64,000 bases of DNA from an uncultured Rhodobacterales bacterium (lineage in GTDB: Bacteria; Pseudomonadota; Alphaproteobacteria; Rhodobacterales; Rhodobacteraceae): NCBI GenBank assembly GCA_963922565.1, contig CAWUIQ010000007.1, positions 29,774 to 93,773 on the forward strand, written 5' to 3'. Of this stretch, positions 59,302 through 64,000 are shown one piece after another (the first letter of the stretch is position 1; every line of letters begins with the position of its first letter). The notes beneath the pieces are model-generated. The model had not been told where the DNA came from and made no database searches. It worked only from the letters and a program-made list of their open reading frames with translations. The translations under genes were made by a program, and so were the position numbers.

Positions 59302-60219
59302 GTGGCGAGCTTGCAGGGCATGGGTGGTATGGCGACCGAAGTAACGAGAGTTTATCAGTTCGGCGCGCTAGAGTCGCGTTTGCGCCGCTGCCACGATCGC
59401 AACGCAATGTTCGAGGATCCTGAATTTGCCGGCGATCTTGCCCAGCGTTTGGACGAGATGCTAGGTGATGCTGGGCCTGCCCCTGTCTTGTCTCTTGACG
59501 TATTTGATACGCTACTGTTGCGCGACGATAGCTCTGAATTGACCCGGTTTTTCGAAATTGGAAAGGAAATGGCTGCGGTTGCCTCATCAAGACTTTCGCT
59601 GACCATCACTCAACAGGATGCCTTTCTGGCCCGTCACATGGGCACCAAGGCAACATATCGGTGTCGCGACCGGATAAAAGGCTTCGGAGAAGGGTCACTG
59701 ACGGAGATTCACCAAACATCCAGCCGTATTCTCTGTGGAACCAGTGATTTGGCAGAGGATTTCATTGCTGCCGAGTTGGACTACGAGAGGCGAAGGACGA
59801 CCGCAAACCAAGCATTGGTGGTGTACATGCGTGAGATGCGTTCTAGGGGTGGTCGCGTCGCATTGATTACAGACATGTACATGCATGCGAACCACGTGGA
59901 AAATCTATTGTCGGCCCACGGAATCAGCCCTGGCTCCTACGACTACCTCGTGTCCAGTGCGGACCAGATAGTTTCGAAAGCATCGGGAGAGTTGTTTGCC
60001 GTCGTTGAGAAAGCTCTTTCAGCCAAACCAGGTGAGTTTGTCCATGTCGGCGATAGCCTGAAAGGTGACATGCAACGACCACTCGAGCAGGGATGGCAAG
60101 CATTGCACCTGCCAATCTCTACTGGTGGCGTTCAGAGACGACGCGCCGATCATCTGCAGACCGCCTCTCACCTTCGAGAGTCATTCGGACTCAACGTCGA
60201 TATCGCGATGCCAAAATGA
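59302..60219 (+). CDS. HAD-superfamily hydrolase
   Basis: 305 aa with a GTG start (uncertain). It has motif I SLDVFDTLLLR and a late motif HVGDSLKGD. Its stop overlaps the next start (ATGA). Confidence 0.65.
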   Translation: MASLQGMGGMATEVTRVYQFGALESRLRRCHDRNAMFEDPEFAGDLAQRLDEMLGDAGPAPVLSLDVFDTLLLRDDSSELTRFFEIGKEMAAVASSRLSLTITQQDAFLARHMGTKATYRCRDRIKGFGEGSLTEIHQTSSRILCGTSDLAEDFIAAELDYERRRTTANQALVVYMREMRSRGGRVALITDMYMHANHVENLLSAHGISPGSYDYLVSSADQIVSKASGELFAVVEKALSAKPGEFVHVGDSLKGDMQRPLEQGWQALHLPISTGGVQRRRADHLQTASHLRESFGLNVDIAMPK

Positions 60220-62672
60220 TCATCTCTGAACCGTCAAAAAACGAAAGCCGCACCGATCTAACGCAGCGCCTGGGTAATGACTTGGTTGGTCCGGTTATTC
60301 ATCACTGGCTTTTGAACCTTCACCAACACATTGCGTACTTCACCGACGATCAGACCGCATTCTTGTTTTGTGCAAGGGCAGGGGTTCGCATTCAGCGGCT
60401 TTACAACATGTTTCTGGCGGGCCGGCACTTTCAACCGGTTGGCACCCCCGAAATCTTTTGGGTCTCCCGCCTGGCGGTTGGTAAGGGCACCTACAATAAA
60501 CAGGCTGCGGCCGTTACGAAAATCATCAGTGACGAGTATTACCATTCTTCGCTGCGCGAACTAGTCCAAGGGGTGCTTCGCAATCATCCCGACAAGTTGG
60601 ACAAAATTGATTTGTCAGGGTCTGCTTTGGGTAAGCCGGGCGCGGGCTTTTCAGACTGGCTGGGCGCGAAGTCAGCACCGGCTCGCGCCGTTGAGAGCTA
60701 TCTAAACGAGTGCAGCAAAACCTTTACGGAGTATCTAAAGGACCTGGTCGGACATGCCAAGCGTGTGGTCCTGATTGACAGCGGTTGGCAAGGTACCTCG
60801 CAGAGCCTCCTGACGCATGCATTTCCCGAATATGACTGGAAAGGGCTGTATTTCGGGCGCATCATGACGCCAAAAGCCGACATGTCGATCCGACACGATA
60901 TCGTGGGGCTGATGTTTGAAGCAGAAGCTTACGATCCCTCCAAACCGGCGACGGCCTTTGTCCTTCACCGGCATCTGATTGAGACCCTGCTAGAACCTAA
61001 CGGTCCTTCGGTTGAAGACATTTACTTCGGCCCATCCAAAGCTGTGGTTGAGACTCAGGTGCAGCAGAACTTGACTGACCCCTCCGATGAATCGAACGAG
61101 CCGCTCTTTCACGCGGTAACGGAATATCTTCGGCGAAACGCCGATCTTTCGGCGACCGAAATAGTGGCGCGTGGCCAGGCTGCGATGGAGGAGCTGGCGC
61201 AATGGCTCGCTTTTCCATCCAGTGACCAAGCGACAGCGACTATCACAAAAAGCAGGTCGGCGGATTTCGGGAAAGATCTTCTCGTGCCGGTTCTGCTGTC
61301 CAAGGATCATCCCAAATGGTCAGATTCCGACCTGCGGGTGCAACACGCGCTTTGGCCGAGCGGTCAGGTTGCGCTGGAATATGCGGGTGGCGTAGCCCGA
61401 GAACTTCAAGCGCGAATCGCCGGGCTGTCTTCCAACCAGGCAAGCTTCGATCCCAAAAGTTCCAAAGATAATGATCAAGGGGCTCCTTCAACCTCTGCGG
61501 TCAGCGAAACCGGTCCGACGGTCGCGGTAATAACGCGAACCAAGAACCGCCCAATAATGCTAGAGCGAGCCGCACGTAGCGTAGCCGCGCAAACCTATGA
61601 CAATATACAATGGGTGGTCGTGAATGACGGCGGTGATGAAGAGGTCGTCCGGCAGGTAATCGAAGCAAGCTCGGTTGATCGGCAAAAGATCACTCTCGTG
61701 TCAAACTCCCACAGTCTTGGTATGGAGGCCGCATCCAACGCAGGCATCCGAAATTCGGACTCAGATTATCTGGTGATTCATGACGATGATGACAGTTGGG
61801 ACCCAAGATTCGTAGAGACTTGCATCATGAAACTCGAAAGTCCTAGCGGTGAGATTTTTGGTGGAGTTATTACCGGCACCGTCTATGTCTCTGAGGAAAT
61901 CAAAGGTGATGAAATAATTGAACATCATCGGATGCCATACAATAGTTGGGTAAAGAATGTTCAATTATCTGAGATGATGCGCGGAAACTTCTTTGCGCCA
62001 ATTTCATTTCTGTATCGTCGTTCCATTTTTGATGAAATTGGAGGTTATAATGAAGACTTGCCGGTTCTGGGCGACTGGTATTTCAACGTAGAGTTTCTGC
62101 TGCAATCCGATGTCGCGGTCTTGGATCAACCGATGGCCTACTATCACCACCGGGATCAGGGCGATGCCTCTCGCAACGGTGTCTATTCGAATTCGGTGAT
62201 AGGCGGAAAATCCAAGCATGAGGAATATGCGGCCGTTGCTCGAAATATGTTGCTGCGCAAGTACAGTCAGAAAAGCGCTTTGGTGGTTGGTCTGATTGAC
62301 GGCTACTTTGCTGCTGGCATATCGCATCAGCTTTCGCAATCACCAACCGCCGGGGGTGCCTCAGGATATGATGAGATCGACCGTTTGTGGCTGATCTCCA
62401 ACCTTCTTAAGCGTCGTCGGCAGCGTCTGGTGTGGATGATCCGCGGGTTGAAAGCACCTTCTGTTGAGATGTCCTGGCCTCAAGTCGTGCGGCGTTGGAA
62501 CCTGCCGCTTTGTGAGGTACCGATCCATCCTTCCTTTGATGAACAACGTTATCTTGAAGCGAACCACGACGTCGCAGCCGCGGTTCGTTCCGCGAATGTA
62601 CGTTCAGGATACGAGCATTATCTGCGGTATGGACGTGAAGAGAAAAGACCTCGGACAAATCGCGCGACCTGA
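60216..62672 (+). CDS. large fusion protein: unknown N-terminal domain (about 470 aa) + family 2 glycosyltransferase + C-terminal FDxxxYLxxNxDVA tail
   Basis: Track ORF 60093.. trimmed to the ATG at 60216 (MIISEPSKNES...), giving 818 aa. The GT2 core is VAVITRTKNRPIMLERAARSVAAQTY...VVNDGGDEE...IHDDDDSW. The tail is SFDEQRYLEANHDVAAAVRSANVRSGYEHYLRYGREE. Confidence 0.75.
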   Translation: MIISEPSKNESRTDLTQRLGNDLVGPVIHHWLLNLHQHIAYFTDDQTAFLFCARAGVRIQRLYNMFLAGRHFQPVGTPEIFWVSRLAVGKGTYNKQAAAVTKIISDEYYHSSLRELVQGVLRNHPDKLDKIDLSGSALGKPGAGFSDWLGAKSAPARAVESYLNECSKTFTEYLKDLVGHAKRVVLIDSGWQGTSQSLLTHAFPEYDWKGLYFGRIMTPKADMSIRHDIVGLMFEAEAYDPSKPATAFVLHRHLIETLLEPNGPSVEDIYFGPSKAVVETQVQQNLTDPSDESNEPLFHAVTEYLRRNADLSATEIVARGQAAMEELAQWLAFPSSDQATATITKSRSADFGKDLLVPVLLSKDHPKWSDSDLRVQHALWPSGQVALEYAGGVARELQARIAGLSSNQASFDPKSSKDNDQGAPSTSAVSETGPTVAVITRTKNRPIMLERAARSVAAQTYDNIQWVVVNDGGDEEVVRQVIEASSVDRQKITLVSNSHSLGMEAASNAGIRNSDSDYLVIHDDDDSWDPRFVETCIMKLESPSGEIFGGVITGTVYVSEEIKGDEIIEHHRMPYNSWVKNVQLSEMMRGNFFAPISFLYRRSIFDEIGGYNEDLPVLGDWYFNVEFLLQSDVAVLDQPMAYYHHRDQGDASRNGVYSNSVIGGKSKHEEYAAVARNMLLRKYSQKSALVVGLIDGYFAAGISHQLSQSPTAGGASGYDEIDRLWLISNLLKRRRQRLVWMIRGLKAPSVEMSWPQVVRRWNLPLCEVPIHPSFDEQRYLEANHDVAAAVRSANVRSGYEHYLRYGREEKRPRTNRAT

Positions 62673-62814
62673 GTCATTTGAGCTGGTTAGCCGTCGAGGT
62701 CAGTTTCCCGAGCGCGTAAAAGTTTCTGCTTTTTCCATCATATAGCCACAAAATCAGGATCCAAAACACCGGATTGCCGACGAAAGGTACTCACGTCTCG
62801 TTGAGGGGTGTGGG

Positions 62815-64000
62815 ATGCGAAATGGGTGGCACGCTGGTGATCTAGCCAGCGATTTTTCGAGTGAACCGATCGTTCTGTCAGATTTTGAAGTCGTGCAAAC
62901 CGGCTCGGGACTGCGCCTGTTGGCCACTGACGTTTCCGAAGGCTGGATCTATGAAGGCGAACTGAATTTTGCGAGCGGAAGTGTCGGGTTAGTCTCCAAG
63001 CAGCAAATCAAGACTGGAGATCTAAGTATCCATGTTCTTGAGGACGGTACCGCTCATAACGTCCTAATAGCCGGGGGCCGATATGCTGACCCGGAAGTCA
63101 GCTCAACAGGTGACAGCCTTCAGTTCGGCAAACTGGTTGATCTATCTAACTCGAACCTCGGCGTAGTCGGCGATGTTGTGCAGGTACACTCGAGTGGTGC
63201 TGCCCTGTTCGCAGTATCAACCGCCACCTCCGGCTCGCTGGGGATATACGAACTGGCATGGAACGACACGCTCCGAAAGGTCGGGTCGCCGGTCGATATT
63301 GGTGAGGGAGCCAGTGTCGGTGTGACCGCGTTGGCATCAGTTGAGACGGATCAGAAGTCTTTTGTGCTGGCGGCGTCCGCATCCGACAATTCAATTAGGT
63401 CTTTCGAGATCGATAGCACGGGAAACCTTCTGTTCACCGACCGTATCGGCGCGCAGGAGGGTGTTGGAATATCATCACCAGCCGATATCGAGGTCGTTAG
63501 TAGTTTTGGAAAAGACTATGCAGTGGTCGCGTCAACCGGCACATCATCTCTAACGGTCTTTGAGCTAAAAAGTGACGGTACCTTTCGTGTAACCGATCAA
63601 ATTAACGACAATAGGTATACATTCTTTGAAAAGCCGCAGAGCCTGTTCGCTTCAGATGTAAATGGATGGCAGTTCTTTTCAGTCGGCGGCGTCGATAATG
63701 GCCTGTCGCAGTTTGTATTGCTGCCGGATGGAACCTTGGCCAATGTTTCGAACGCCACGCTTGGAGTCTATGCGGAAAAGAGGTGGTTCTCAGAGATCGA
63801 TGGAATATTTGCAAACGGCGTGCTGCACACAATCGCGCTGGACGCTTATTCCGATACTCTCGCGCATTTTCAGTTAGATTTGTCTTCATTGGGCCCGGCT
63901 GTGCTCTCTGCGACAGGCACAGAAGGTCATGACCTTCTTACGACTGCTTCTGGAGATGACCTGCTGGTCGGAAACTCTGGCGATGACATACTGTTCGCTG
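62815..64000 (+). CDS. secreted beta-propeller-like repeat protein running into RTX calcium-binding repeats, 3' end beyond the window
   Basis: Not in the ORF track because it has no stop. The ATG at 62815 follows an in-frame TAG at 62743, with RBS GAGGGG upstream. My translation is open to 64000: MRNGWHAGDLASDFSSEPIVLSDFEVVQTG.... It contains about 5 repeats of the type xFAVSTATSGSLGIYEL / FVLAASASDNSIRSFEID / YAVVASTGTSSLTVFELK. It ends ...GTEGHDLLTTASGDDLLVGNSGDDILFA. Confidence 0.65.
   Translation, partial: MRNGWHAGDLASDFSSEPIVLSDFEVVQTGSGLRLLATDVSEGWIYEGELNFASGSVGLVSKQQIKTGDLSIHVLEDGTAHNVLIAGGRYADPEVSSTGDSLQFGKLVDLSNSNLGVVGDVVQVHSSGAALFAVSTATSGSLGIYELAWNDTLRKVGSPVDIGEGASVGVTALASVETDQKSFVLAASASDNSIRSFEIDSTGNLLFTDRIGAQEGVGISSPADIEVVSSFGKDYAVVASTGTSSLTVFELKSDGTFRVTDQINDNRYTFFEKPQSLFASDVNGWQFFSVGGVDNGLSQFVLLPDGTLANVSNATLGVYAEKRWFSEIDGIFANGVLHTIALDAYSDTLAHFQLDLSSLGPAVLSATGTEGHDLLTTASGDDLLVGNSGDDILFA

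Overview
High-GC (about 60% by eye) alphaproteobacterial chromosome segment that looks Rhodobacteraceae/roseobacter-like. All family calls come from motif recognition only; no searches were run.

Layout:
- Left edge (1-2.1 kb): end of a photosynthesis gene cluster. It holds bchG plus a PucC-family gene that is absent from the ORF track, with a TGT-N12-ACA PpsR/CrtJ-type box abutting the bchG ATG.
- 2-22 kb: core genes, namely an LLM oxidoreductase, thiolase, serA-serC/serB, ubiB-ubiE, mutM, enoyl-CoA hydratase, rpsT and the canonical dnaA-dnaN-recF-gyrB block.
- 22-50 kb: mixed accessory modules. These are a ZntB-like transporter; a mgtE / retropepsin-like / rimK / AstE-AspA-type deacylase operon; a TetR-controlled MMPL-type RND / LolA-like / OM-barrel operon; two ECF sigma modules; Rrf2-CMD; GlxA-DJ-1; an orphan RTX protein with an internal 525-nt duplication; and tartrate dehydrogenase.
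- 56.8-64 kb: a visibly more AT-rich polysaccharide-type island. It ends in a second RTX/beta-propeller ORF that runs off the window and is also absent from the track.

Best candidate for an undescribed system: 50.6-56.8 kb. A signal-less S8 peptidase with a roughly 220-aa insertion and a soluble PAP2/vanadium-haloperoxidase-like protein (N-terminal (AGK)x8 tail) followed by a Tat-signal nitroreductase-fold protein are each preceded by the same 27-bp element. That element contains two TAGATCGT octamers 11 bp apart. It sits beside a SARP/OmpR-type winged-helix regulator gene.

No rRNA, tRNA, CRISPR array, transposase or integrase was recognised.
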